A stretch of DNA of 64,000 nucleotides from a virus (Duplodnaviria; Caudoviricetes): the IMG/VR virus record IMGVR_UViG_3300029286_000011. The stretch is one strand, 5' to 3'. Position numbers and translations under genes: made by a program. The notes below the pieces were generated by a model, which made no database searches, was not told where the DNA came from, and worked only from the letters and a program-made list of their open reading frames with translations. Below, one piece after another: positions 18,270 through 26,235 of the stretch (the first letter of the stretch is position 1; every line of letters starts with the position of its first letter).

Positions 18270-18737
18270 TCACTTGGCTTGCAGACAGGCCCAAGCAACT
18301 GCGTTCAAGGCACTAACCAGAGATGCCCGCAACGTAGTGCCATCGGTACGGGGCTTATTGAGGTCAGCCACCTCTAGACCAATTTGCTGCTGCAACACTT
18401 GATCAATAGCAGCAGCAAGCCCTGGTACTTTCGGTGTCAGGATTCCTGCAAAGCGTAGCGTTACAAAACGTGTATTGGCCTCTTTGAAGTCCCTAGTCGT
18501 TTTTATAACGCCGGCATCACGCTGCACAGTATCAGCCAAGGCAGCGTAGGCATAGCCAAGCTCGGCAGCCTGAGCATGACCTTTGAGCAACGTCGTTACA
18601 GGCTTAACCGCGTCTTGCAGACCAGCTGCCGGCGCAGTAATTACCGATGGCGTAACCGTCTCCTGCGGCCCAATCACTCGCGGAGCCACAACCAGAACGA
18701 GCGCCAAAGCAAGTAAGATCCCTCGTAGCTTAGTCAC
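18270..18737 (-). CDS. Exported/membrane-anchored hypothetical protein
   Basis: The ORF-track start at 19028 looks spurious. GTG at 18737 (MTKLRGILLALALVLVVAP) follows an AAGGAGG RBS and gives an N-terminal signal/TM. Confidence 0.65.
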   Translation of the reverse strand: MTKLRGILLALALVLVVAPRVIGPQETVTPSVITAPAAGLQDAVKPVTTLLKGHAQAAELGYAYAALADTVQRDAGVIKTTRDFKEANTRFVTLRFAGILTPKVPGLAAAIDQVLQQQIGLEVADLNKPRTDGTTLRASLVSALNAVAWACLQAK

Positions 18738-18768
18738 GGCAAACCTCCTTGCCTGCACGGTTTGACCG

Positions 18769-19134
18769 TTATTCAGGCTTAGGAATGACAACGTCCGGAG
18801 CCTTTGTCCAATCAACGCGATAATGCGGCGGATCAGCGCCGACAATAAGCGCAGGTAGTACGATGTATCGCAGAGCCTCTGTGGCATTAGCACAGCCCTC
18901 GACACGGGCCATGAGCGCACGGAAGCAGCGATACAGCTCGTAGTCTTCGCCCTGCAGCTTACTGACCTTTGCAGTTTCTGCCGTAGGCACGATCCACGCC
19001 TGCTGCTCAGGCGTCGCAGCTGTGCCACTGGGCTTAATCTTGAATTTCAGCTTGCTGACTACTGCCGGAAGCCATGACGCAACCAGCAACACAACAACAG
19101 CTGCCGCTAACCAATCAGTCAGACTTAGATTCAT
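18769..19134 (-). CDS. Membrane-anchored hypothetical protein
   Basis: ATG 19134 (MNLSLTDWLAAAVVVLLVASWL) with GAGGGG RBS; N-terminal TM. Confidence 0.6.
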   Translation of the reverse strand: MNLSLTDWLAAAVVVLLVASWLPAVVSKLKFKIKPSGTAATPEQQAWIVPTAETAKVSKLQGEDYELYRCFRALMARVEGCANATEALRYIVLPALIVGADPPHYRVDWTKAPDVVIPKPE

Positions 19135-19492
19135 CTGGCCACCCCTCAGTGTTGAATTTGGTGACAAGCTTGTCGATCAGTCGACCTGCAACAGACAACA
19201 TCGTCTGTTTGATCATCGGGTCGATGACCGAAGTTTCCAGGTAGGCGGGCACCAATGGGATATCGAGAGGCTCAATGACCTCGTCGTAGAACTTCTCGAG
19301 CGTGGCGAGGACAAGCTCTTTCTTGATACGGCCAATGACTTCCCACTGCTGCGCAATGAGAACGGCCTTCTCGACCAGCTTGCAGAAGGTATCCCAGATA
19401 TGCCCGATGGCAATCTCGCCGGTCAGCTGGCCTTGAGCGTTGGTCAAAGCACCTTGTAGCTGTTCGGCGATTTTGGTGTAGAGCTGACTCAT
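19115..19492 (-). CDS. Hypothetical protein (possible holin-associated family)
   Basis: ATG 19492 (MSQLYT) with GGGAG RBS. The G..KKE.VL..L..FYD.VI.P.D.P pattern is reminiscent of small phage lysis-cassette proteins. Confidence 0.5.
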   Translation of the reverse strand: MSQLYTKIAEQLQGALTNAQGQLTGEIAIGHIWDTFCKLVEKAVLIAQQWEVIGRIKKELVLATLEKFYDEVIEPLDIPLVPAYLETSVIDPMIKQTMLSVAGRLIDKLVTKFNTEGWPDESKSD

Positions 19493-19577
19493 CTCTGTGT
19501 TCTCCCTCAAAAGTCAAGTCATTGCATGCAATCACTGCTTGTATTGTACTTTTGAGTTACAGTCAGCGTCAACAGAA

Positions 19578-19605
19578 ACGGCCAGGGGGAAAAACCCCTG
19601 GCCGT
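19578..19605 (-). terminator. Putative intrinsic terminator
   Basis: 11-bp stem ACGGCCAGGGG/CCCCTGGCCGT followed on the minus strand by TTCTGTT, just after the 19634 gene. Confidence 0.6.
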
Positions 19606-19633
19606 CGCTGCCACATCCAACCACACTCCCACA

Positions 19634-19936
19634 CTACCGGCAGCAGCGCGTCCTGCGCTCGTGCCGGGCACATCCACGCTTCACAACATGAACAATGGCC
19701 GCGCCAGTCCTGCCAACCACCTTGGCGGTTTTGACGCACAGCTCACGGCTCTCAGCCTTGATTTTGGCTACGACCGGGGCCCGACAAGCCGCAGCAGGCT
19801 CAGCCTGGGCTGCCTCCGGTGCGACAAGCCTGCAGCCGTTGGGCCCACAGACCTTGCCAGGAGCCATCGCATGGCTGTCAGTAACGAAGCTCAAAGCCAG
19901 CGACAGCAGCACAACAAGCAGTAACAGATACTTCAT
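19634..19936 (-). CDS. Small secreted Cys-containing protein
   Basis: Signal peptide MKYLLLLVVLLSLALS; VCGPNGC; Arg/Cys-rich end; GAGGAGG RBS. Confidence 0.7.
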   Translation of the reverse strand: MKYLLLLVVLLSLALSFVTDSHAMAPGKVCGPNGCRLVAPEAAQAEPAAACRAPVVAKIKAESRELCVKTAKVVGRTGAAIVHVVKRGCARHERRTRCCR

Positions 19937-19954
19937 CGGTTTTCCTCCTCGAAT

Positions 19955-19972
19955 GTAATTAGCGCTAATTAC
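19955..19972. repeat. Intergenic palindrome, copy 2 (18-bp perfect core)
   Basis: GTAATTAGCGCTAATTAC between the baseplate J stop and the RBS of the 19936 gene. Confidence 0.92.
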
Positions 19973-19978
19973 GAGCGC

Positions 19979-21640
19979 TCAAACTTCAATCATATTAGCC
20001 GTACGGACAGAAATTGCAATATCGTCTTCGCTGATGAACAGGGCAATGGTCCGACCACTGGACATATTGTCGTCGTCGGCAGGCAATTCCAGCACATCCG
20101 TAGTGGCCGTGTACTGCAGTTCTCCGTTAGGCTTACGAATCACTGCCAATAGCTCTAGCGCCCGAACATGGGCTGGAGAGGACAGATAGGCGTGTATGAC
20201 ATCGGTCAGAGCCGATGTAGACAGCACATTGGTGAAACCAAGGTTGTGGATGTATGCCGCCAGATCGCTACGGATCGCTGCAACGTCTGGCGTTGTTTGC
20301 CCTGGCGACAGTTCTATGGTGAACGACATGTGCAGGAAGCACGGTATCGGGGCTTTGATCAATATGTCGCCAGCGCCATTCAAAAAGCTGCGACGTGAAG
20401 CCCAATCCTGAATGGCAGCAATATCCGGCATACGCTCCACAGTTACATCGTAGTCCTGCGTCGACACGTATGGCGTTAGTGACGCTGTCGGTGTGGTCGA
20501 ATCAACGAACTGGATAACGGCGGTCTGGAATCGACTGTACGTTGACTCTAGGGCTGTAGCAATGTCGGGAAGTAACCCACCGGATTCAAGTGCGCTTATA
20601 TCAGTGCCGCGCACGTCGCTGTAGACTGCGAACGTACCGCTATCTGTGCTGCCAGAAGCCACAATACGTGAGGCATAGTAGAAGCCTGGGGCCTCTTCAC
20701 GATCAATCGAAAACTGCCACAGGCCGCCGCTTCCGTCGCTAGCACGTCCAACATATGTGGCTGTCTTGGCTAGCATAGTGCTGAGTGGTCGGATACGTGT
20801 ACGTACGTACCAGTCTGTGCAGCCACCAACAGAGCACGGCATAAGGCTATGCTGATCTCGCAGCATTCCAGCATCGCCCATTCCAAGTATCGAGTCCGAC
20901 AGTATCTGCGGAAAGGCAGAAGCATCCCTGATCGCGGCACTCATATGGGCGCGACCACCACAGGTCTTAACTGTCAGACCATCGGACAGTCGAGCGATAA
21001 GATCCGTATTGGTCTCCTCGTCGCGGCCATCAGAAAAGTCTGAAGTGACGTAGGCTTTGACAAAGTACGACGGCTGCGGAATGACACTCAACTCAGTGCC
21101 ACGCAACAGCATGTAGCTACTGCCGACTGAGGCAGCCACAAGCTCAATAGTAAAGCTGTAGTTGCCGTCACTCAACTCCTGCAACACGCGGTCCTGATCA
21201 GACACAACATTATCAACAGATGTGCGCGCAGAGAAACTAGCGGCAGTGGTAAACTGCAGACCATTGGCCTCAAAGAGCGTACCCGCCGCTATTGTTACTG
21301 GCTGCAATGCATTGAGCTGAATGGTGACTGTGCCGCCAGCGAAGCTACCTGCACTTCTTACAACGCCGTGGTTGTAGAGTACGGCATCCACCAGATCGTC
21401 TGAGACGAGTGAAGGATTCTCCACCAGGCGTTGCAGGCTCAGAGCATCAGACATGTTTGTCAGCTCGGTCTGGTGCTTAGCTGCAAACATAGCCCCAGGA
21501 ACCAGTAGAAGGCTGCGCAATACGCCTGACCGTAGATCCAGACTAGGATTGTATTCAGCCAGTAGCGCTGTCAGCAATTCAAGCTGCTGCTCAACTAGCG
21601 TAGGATCAAGATCAGAAAAGCTGGCAACATCAGTACCCAT
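19979..21640 (-). CDS. Baseplate J-like wedge protein
   Basis: 553 aa. 'P.LDLRSGVLRSLL', 'GVVRSAGSFAGGTVT', 'IELVAASVG', 'GRDEETNTDLIARL' match the baseplate J/gp6-like layout. Confidence 0.8.
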   Translation of the reverse strand: MGTDVASFSDLDPTLVEQQLELLTALLAEYNPSLDLRSGVLRSLLLVPGAMFAAKHQTELTNMSDALSLQRLVENPSLVSDDLVDAVLYNHGVVRSAGSFAGGTVTIQLNALQPVTIAAGTLFEANGLQFTTAASFSARTSVDNVVSDQDRVLQELSDGNYSFTIELVAASVGSSYMLLRGTELSVIPQPSYFVKAYVTSDFSDGRDEETNTDLIARLSDGLTVKTCGGRAHMSAAIRDASAFPQILSDSILGMGDAGMLRDQHSLMPCSVGGCTDWYVRTRIRPLSTMLAKTATYVGRASDGSGGLWQFSIDREEAPGFYYASRIVASGSTDSGTFAVYSDVRGTDISALESGGLLPDIATALESTYSRFQTAVIQFVDSTTPTASLTPYVSTQDYDVTVERMPDIAAIQDWASRRSFLNGAGDILIKAPIPCFLHMSFTIELSPGQTTPDVAAIRSDLAAYIHNLGFTNVLSTSALTDVIHAYLSSPAHVRALELLAVIRKPNGELQYTATTDVLELPADDDNMSSGRTIALFISEDDIAISVRTANMIEV

Positions 21641-21649
21641 GGCTTTACC

Positions 21650-22120
21650 TCAAACCGTAACCGGAATAGGCAGTAGAATTCGTTGATCGCTGCCGGCTTT
21701 ACTAATGAGCCGAATCACAATGATCAGTCGACCGTGCTGTAGCGTTGTTGATAGAAGTTCAGCAGATTCGAAGCATTCGTCAGCAGGATCGGTGTCGGTC
21801 TCTTCTTTTTGAAACAGTATAGCTATGTCTGATACGGCTGCAGCAAACGCCGTTTCAACGTCACCTTCTGTTTGCAGATAGCCGCCTTCAGCCTCAGTCA
21901 TGAAGTACGAGCCATCCTGCATATCGAATGGGCAGGAGCCACGCTTCTGAAACAAGCGGATCAGAAACTTCTGCGCCAGCTTTTGAGGCCCAGCACAGAT
22001 CTTGCCAGAGTTGCCTTGGCTAGCCAACGTCATCACCAACGGAGTTTCGCCGTACGGTTTGACGTCATCAAAGGCAAACAGGTCCACAGTCCTGCCGGCA
22101 TAGTCTGCTATTGTTGTCAT
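21650..22120 (-). CDS. gp25/W-like baseplate wedge initiator
   Basis: 156 aa. 'GPQKLAQKFLIRLFQKRGS.PFD..DGS' pattern; immediately upstream of baseplate J. Confidence 0.7.
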   Translation of the reverse strand: MTTIADYAGRTVDLFAFDDVKPYGETPLVMTLASQGNSGKICAGPQKLAQKFLIRLFQKRGSCPFDMQDGSYFMTEAEGGYLQTEGDVETAFAAAVSDIAILFQKEETDTDPADECFESAELLSTTLQHGRLIIVIRLISKAGSDQRILLPIPVTV

Positions 22121-22560
22121 TCAGAGCTATCCTTGTTAGCTTTCTCAATACGCTCTAGATAGCCTCGCAGCAGCATCTGGATAGGCCCGCCACTATTACC
22201 ATGACCTGCGGCCCGCCCTGCTGACATAGCCATACAGCGACAGAAGGAACTGTGTCGCAATCTATAGGCTCGCTCCAGCACAGCTATGAAGTCGTGTTGA
22301 AGCTGTACAAGTGCATAATCTCCATCCACACCGATGCTGGACTTACTCTCCAGAATAGACGCCATATCCTGCACTAGCGCGGTTCTGTCGAAGCTGTCGC
22401 TAAGCGACTCCCAGTCCTGCAGATCCGGGGCCTCCCCAGGCGGAACATACCAATCCGACTGACCATTATTGGTCGTCTCTTTACCAAAGGCAGTAGACCA
22501 TTCGCATAAACGGTCTATCTGCTTCAGAAATTCATCTCGCAGTTTGCCTTTGGCCGTCAT
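22117..22560 (-). CDS. Hypothetical protein
   Basis: 147 aa with 4-bp overlaps on both sides. Confidence 0.6.
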   Translation of the reverse strand: MTAKGKLRDEFLKQIDRLCEWSTAFGKETTNNGQSDWYVPPGEAPDLQDWESLSDSFDRTALVQDMASILESKSSIGVDGDYALVQLQHDFIAVLERAYRLRHSSFCRCMAMSAGRAAGHGNSGGPIQMLLRGYLERIEKANKDSSE

Positions 22561-23300
22561 TGGAATAGTCCAAGCTGTTCTTGTTGATCTAGCATGGCCT
22601 GAATCTTAGCACGCCGCTGACTAATAGCGCCAGGAGACAGCTTAAGCTTAGTTGCAATCTGTTGTGTAGATAGCGGCCTATGCCCGTACATACCTAGCGA
22701 GTGTTCCAGTATCAGTTTGTCTTGATCCGGCAGGCTGGAATACACAGCTTCCAACCAAGGCTGGTCGCTGCTGGCTATAGTGGGCGAATGACCAGCTCCG
22801 CTTCCGGACTCATCGCGCTCTATGAAGTACCCCTCAGACACCGGAGGCTTGTACTGTCTTACACGAGCAATACGGGCAACAGACAAGCCGGTACTGTCAG
22901 CTAGTTCTTCGGTAGTAGGGTCGCGACCATACCTGTCACGAAGATCATTCTCTGCAGAGCTCAGATGGGCCTGATCTAGAGACACACGCTCAGGTGTTCG
23001 AATTATCTGCTGCTGTTCTCTAGACACTCGACGCAGGCCTTGCAGCGAATTGATAACAAACGTGCTCAGCTTAGACTCGGCAGGATCGTATCGTTGCAGT
23101 GACTGCAGAAGGATGCGCTTTGCGTGGCCTTGTATGGTCGGCCCGGCGTCTGATCCGACATGGGCCTGTATGCCCTTATCAATACTAGGCTGTATGGCCC
23201 GCAGCATTCTATTGGCGCTCTCAGGCGTCGGCATTTTACGCCACTCAGAGAACTCAGCCGGCGTATCGGTCTTTGTGCTGAACTGCTGTCTAGTAGGCAT
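22557..23300 (-). CDS. Sigma-70-family RNA polymerase sigma factor (FliA/SigF-like architecture)
   Basis: Region 2 (LQRYDPAESKLSTFVINSLQGLRR), region 3 (GRDPTTEELADSTGLS), region 4 HTH (LPDQDKLIL..SLGMYGHRPLSTQQIATKLKLSPGAISQ). ATG 23300 with GGAGG RBS. Confidence 0.85.
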   Translation of the reverse strand: MPTRQQFSTKTDTPAEFSEWRKMPTPESANRMLRAIQPSIDKGIQAHVGSDAGPTIQGHAKRILLQSLQRYDPAESKLSTFVINSLQGLRRVSREQQQIIRTPERVSLDQAHLSSAENDLRDRYGRDPTTEELADSTGLSVARIARVRQYKPPVSEGYFIERDESGSGAGHSPTIASSDQPWLEAVYSSLPDQDKLILEHSLGMYGHRPLSTQQIATKLKLSPGAISQRRAKIQAMLDQQEQLGLFQ

Positions 23301-23304
23301 GAGC

Positions 23305-24957
23305 CTAGCCTCCAAAATGATACGCATCGACAAGCGGAGCACCTACAAAGGCTGACTTGTACAGCGGGTGGTCTGCTGTTGATGTTCTATCACTACTATT
23401 CTCGTCAATTGTGCGAAGCTGTGATAGCTGCATTGTTGTTCCGGCATACAGCGGCGCTGCATTGATCTGTGTAGAGACACGAGCCACGGTGCCAATAAGA
23501 TCACCCGCAAGCACGTCGGATTCACCGATATGCACGTCACCAGTATTCTCTACTTTTATGTTGGATCCAGGCGCTATGTCGAATCGCAGCTTACCCTGCA
23601 CTATGCCAGACCTGCCACGCAATGCCTCTTCAACATAGATAGCTTTTGCCAATTTCTCGTACAGCTCAGGCAATGACTTATAGATCTCTGCGGCTGTAAT
23701 ACCGTCGTCATTTCCGGTTGTTGACTGTCGTGCACTTGCAGGTGTTGTGGCTGTAGCGATGGTGACATCGCCAAAGCCTACTGTTCGTCTGAAGTCACTC
23801 GTATACCCTGGTGCTGTGCCCATCCAAGACGGAACACGTTTGACCAGCAGCATTCCTTTGGCGGCAGGGTCAGGGCAGTAACACCCGCCGTCGTCCCAGG
23901 CAATCTCGTGAAATGCACCTGTGTCGTCGGTAGTCGGCGATATGAGCTGCACGCCGCGAACAGGTCGATTTATCATCCCCGATATCTTGATATCGTCTAC
24001 ATCACGAGAATATATCTGTTTGTCGAATAGCTTTCGCATACCGGCAAGTCTAGGCACGATCATGACTGTACTAGCGCGTGGCACGACTGACAGCATGAAA
24101 GCCGGGCATATGTTGTTGATCAACACATCCCATAGCGTAGTGCTCCACATGGACTGCACTGTCATGCTCTTTATGGCACCGCCAATGGCCTCTGCCAGCG
24201 GCATACGCGAGTTACCAACAGCCAAAGCTGCTGGCACATGCCATTTGCTTTTCTTTACGCTGCCGGCATCACCCTCTATATGATCCAACGCAGCCAACGA
24301 CTGTGAGTTCTTCTTCTCAGTGCCAAAGCAACCACTGTCACCGCTGGTGCCAAGCTGCAAGATGTCGAAGTTGGCAACTGATCTAAAGAATGGAGCCAGG
24401 CACTTACCCCACAGGTCGTCCTGTATGTTATCTTCCGAGAACACCTCGGCATCACCGGCAATACTGAGCAACGTCATCTGGTTGGCCTTCAGAGAGGCCA
24501 TTGTCGCTATGCCGCCAGCGAACCCTGCACTAAACCTATAGTTGAAGGGATTACTGGGATGACTCTGATTGCTGAACACAGATGAGAATGCCAGGTTGGA
24601 CAACCAATGGATCACAGGTATCTGTAGCTGGATCTCTCCATGCCGTTTGTGAAACATTGCGCCAGTCATGTAGCCTTCAAACAATGTTTGTCGACCGGCA
24701 TCTGACCAATCATCACTGCTGCCAGGCTCCCAGGGACCTTCAGCCTGCATACGAATAATAACAGGCAGCATGAAGCCAAACTTACCTGAATGCACTTTCG
24801 AAGCTACGGTGGATCTTATGTCTCGACCAACGGCTAATGACACTGCAGCTTCAGGTACCGCATTGAGCCCGTAGTGCATCGCTACATTGCTGCAGGTGTA
24901 CTCGGTACCGCCTATAGACACTGTAGTTTTGAGCTTAACCCTGTTAGATCTAGCCAT
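23305..24957 (-). CDS. Putative baseplate hub (gp27/VgrG-N-like) protein
   Basis: 550 aa from MARSNR. N-terminal 'MHYGLNAVPEAAVSLAVG' and C-terminal 'LRFDIAPGSNIKV...GTVARVSTQI' are hub-like; position fits. Confidence 0.55.
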   Translation of the reverse strand: MARSNRVKLKTTVSIGGTEYTCSNVAMHYGLNAVPEAAVSLAVGRDIRSTVASKVHSGKFGFMLPVIIRMQAEGPWEPGSSDDWSDAGRQTLFEGYMTGAMFHKRHGEIQLQIPVIHWLSNLAFSSVFSNQSHPSNPFNYRFSAGFAGGIATMASLKANQMTLLSIAGDAEVFSEDNIQDDLWGKCLAPFFRSVANFDILQLGTSGDSGCFGTEKKNSQSLAALDHIEGDAGSVKKSKWHVPAALAVGNSRMPLAEAIGGAIKSMTVQSMWSTTLWDVLINNICPAFMLSVVPRASTVMIVPRLAGMRKLFDKQIYSRDVDDIKISGMINRPVRGVQLISPTTDDTGAFHEIAWDDGGCYCPDPAAKGMLLVKRVPSWMGTAPGYTSDFRRTVGFGDVTIATATTPASARQSTTGNDDGITAAEIYKSLPELYEKLAKAIYVEEALRGRSGIVQGKLRFDIAPGSNIKVENTGDVHIGESDVLAGDLIGTVARVSTQINAAPLYAGTTMQLSQLRTIDENSSDRTSTADHPLYKSAFVGAPLVDAYHFGG

Positions 24958-25748
24958 TAGTGAGCCCTCTGATAGAGCGCCCACAGGCGATACAACAGTG
25001 CTAACAAGAAGCCGCTGAATCGATACGGAAATTCAGCATGACTTGTCCACAGCTGATAGAAAGTTCTATACGGCTCGGACTTAATGTCATTGTCTGCTAG
25101 GCCGAATAGCGGCATTGTCATGTTACTGCCCACGGACTGCAGCTGTGCAGCAATATCACCCAATGATCGTGTCGGCTTGGCGTACGCCTCAACACGCCAT
25201 GAATCCCCAGGGTCTGCACTAAACACCGCACGAAGTTCATCGCCGGATATGTCAAATACAGAGCTAAGGTCATCAGTGTAGCTGTAATCATAAGTGACGC
25301 TTGCGATAGGGGCCGTCTGTCTGGATACGGCTACTCGCGACTCGTCTATAACGCTGACCAACCAACGATGATAAATGCCTATGTCGTCAGCGGCAGGCAT
25401 ACTGCCCAGCAGTGTCAACGTACCAGTGCCTTCTCTGGCTGCCACGTATGTGCCAAACAGACCGGCAAAATCTGAATCAGCTAGCCCAGGTGAATATGTG
25501 AACCTGTGATCGAGATCGGTCACATACTCCACAAACTCTGTCGAGTGTAACACGGTCAAAAGCTGTCGTACCCGATAGAACTTCAGCATGTCGTCAGGTC
25601 TGGGGCCGTACAAATAGCCAAAGATTGACGATATGTAGCTAGGCAACACAAGCGGCTGGAAGTCCGGCGGCATATACTCTTCGCCAGGACGGCCAGTAGC
25701 TTTCTGCGAAGGCATATTGAGCAGAAGTTGTCGTGCTACATTTATCAT
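24957..25748 (-). CDS. Putative baseplate/tail protein
   Basis: 263 aa; assigned from context only. Confidence 0.5.
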   Translation of the reverse strand: MINVARQLLLNMPSQKATGRPGEEYMPPDFQPLVLPSYISSIFGYLYGPRPDDMLKFYRVRQLLTVLHSTEFVEYVTDLDHRFTYSPGLADSDFAGLFGTYVAAREGTGTLTLLGSMPAADDIGIYHRWLVSVIDESRVAVSRQTAPIASVTYDYSYTDDLSSVFDISGDELRAVFSADPGDSWRVEAYAKPTRSLGDIAAQLQSVGSNMTMPLFGLADNDIKSEPYRTFYQLWTSHAEFPYRFSGFLLALLYRLWALYQRAH

Positions 25749-25757
25749 CGGGCTATC

Positions 25758-26228
25758 TCACGGTACTAGCATGAAGCTCAGCTGAAACTGAAACATCCTG
25801 GTTGCTGGATCTACAAGCTCACCGCGCAGACCTATTAAGTAGCCCCGCAGTATTGATGATGGGCTGATGCGTATCTGTAGTGGTTCCGCGCGAGCAACAA
25901 TTCGATTGGCTTTGTAAAACTCCAATACACGTCCAAAGCCACTTCCTGAGCCATTGCAGTCGTTAGCAACGCTTATACCCTCAACGGCAACTTCGCCAAC
26001 CTTGTCGCCTGTGACGTAGACGTAGATATCGTTGCCAATAGTGTGTTGTACGAATACATTGCACGACGCAGACATCACCAGTCGCTGAAACATGCTGCGC
26101 ATGGATTCAAAACCACCCCATCCATCCACAGACACGATGCTTCCAGACACTAGTGGACCTGCCAAGGCTTTGACGACGCCCATGTTAGATGAGCCGCGTC
26201 CACCGTTGGTGTATAGAACTACGCTCAT
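25758..26228 (-). CDS. Putative tail tube initiator/baseplate-tube junction protein
   Basis: ATG 26228 with GAGGTG RBS. 'HTIGNDIYVYVTGDKVGEVAVEG' is tube-fold-like; directly downstream of the tape measure gene. Confidence 0.55.
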   Translation of the reverse strand: MSVVLYTNGGRGSSNMGVVKALAGPLVSGSIVSVDGWGGFESMRSMFQRLVMSASCNVFVQHTIGNDIYVYVTGDKVGEVAVEGISVANDCNGSGSGFGRVLEFYKANRIVARAEPLQIRISPSSILRGYLIGLRGELVDPATRMFQFQLSFMLVP

Positions 26229-26235
26229 AGGCACC

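Noticed and set aside
18738-19028. N-terminal 97 aa of the ORF-track protein 18270..19028
   Set aside because: It overlaps another gene entirely. A strong AAGGAGG RBS and signal-like N-terminus at GTG 18737 give a better start.
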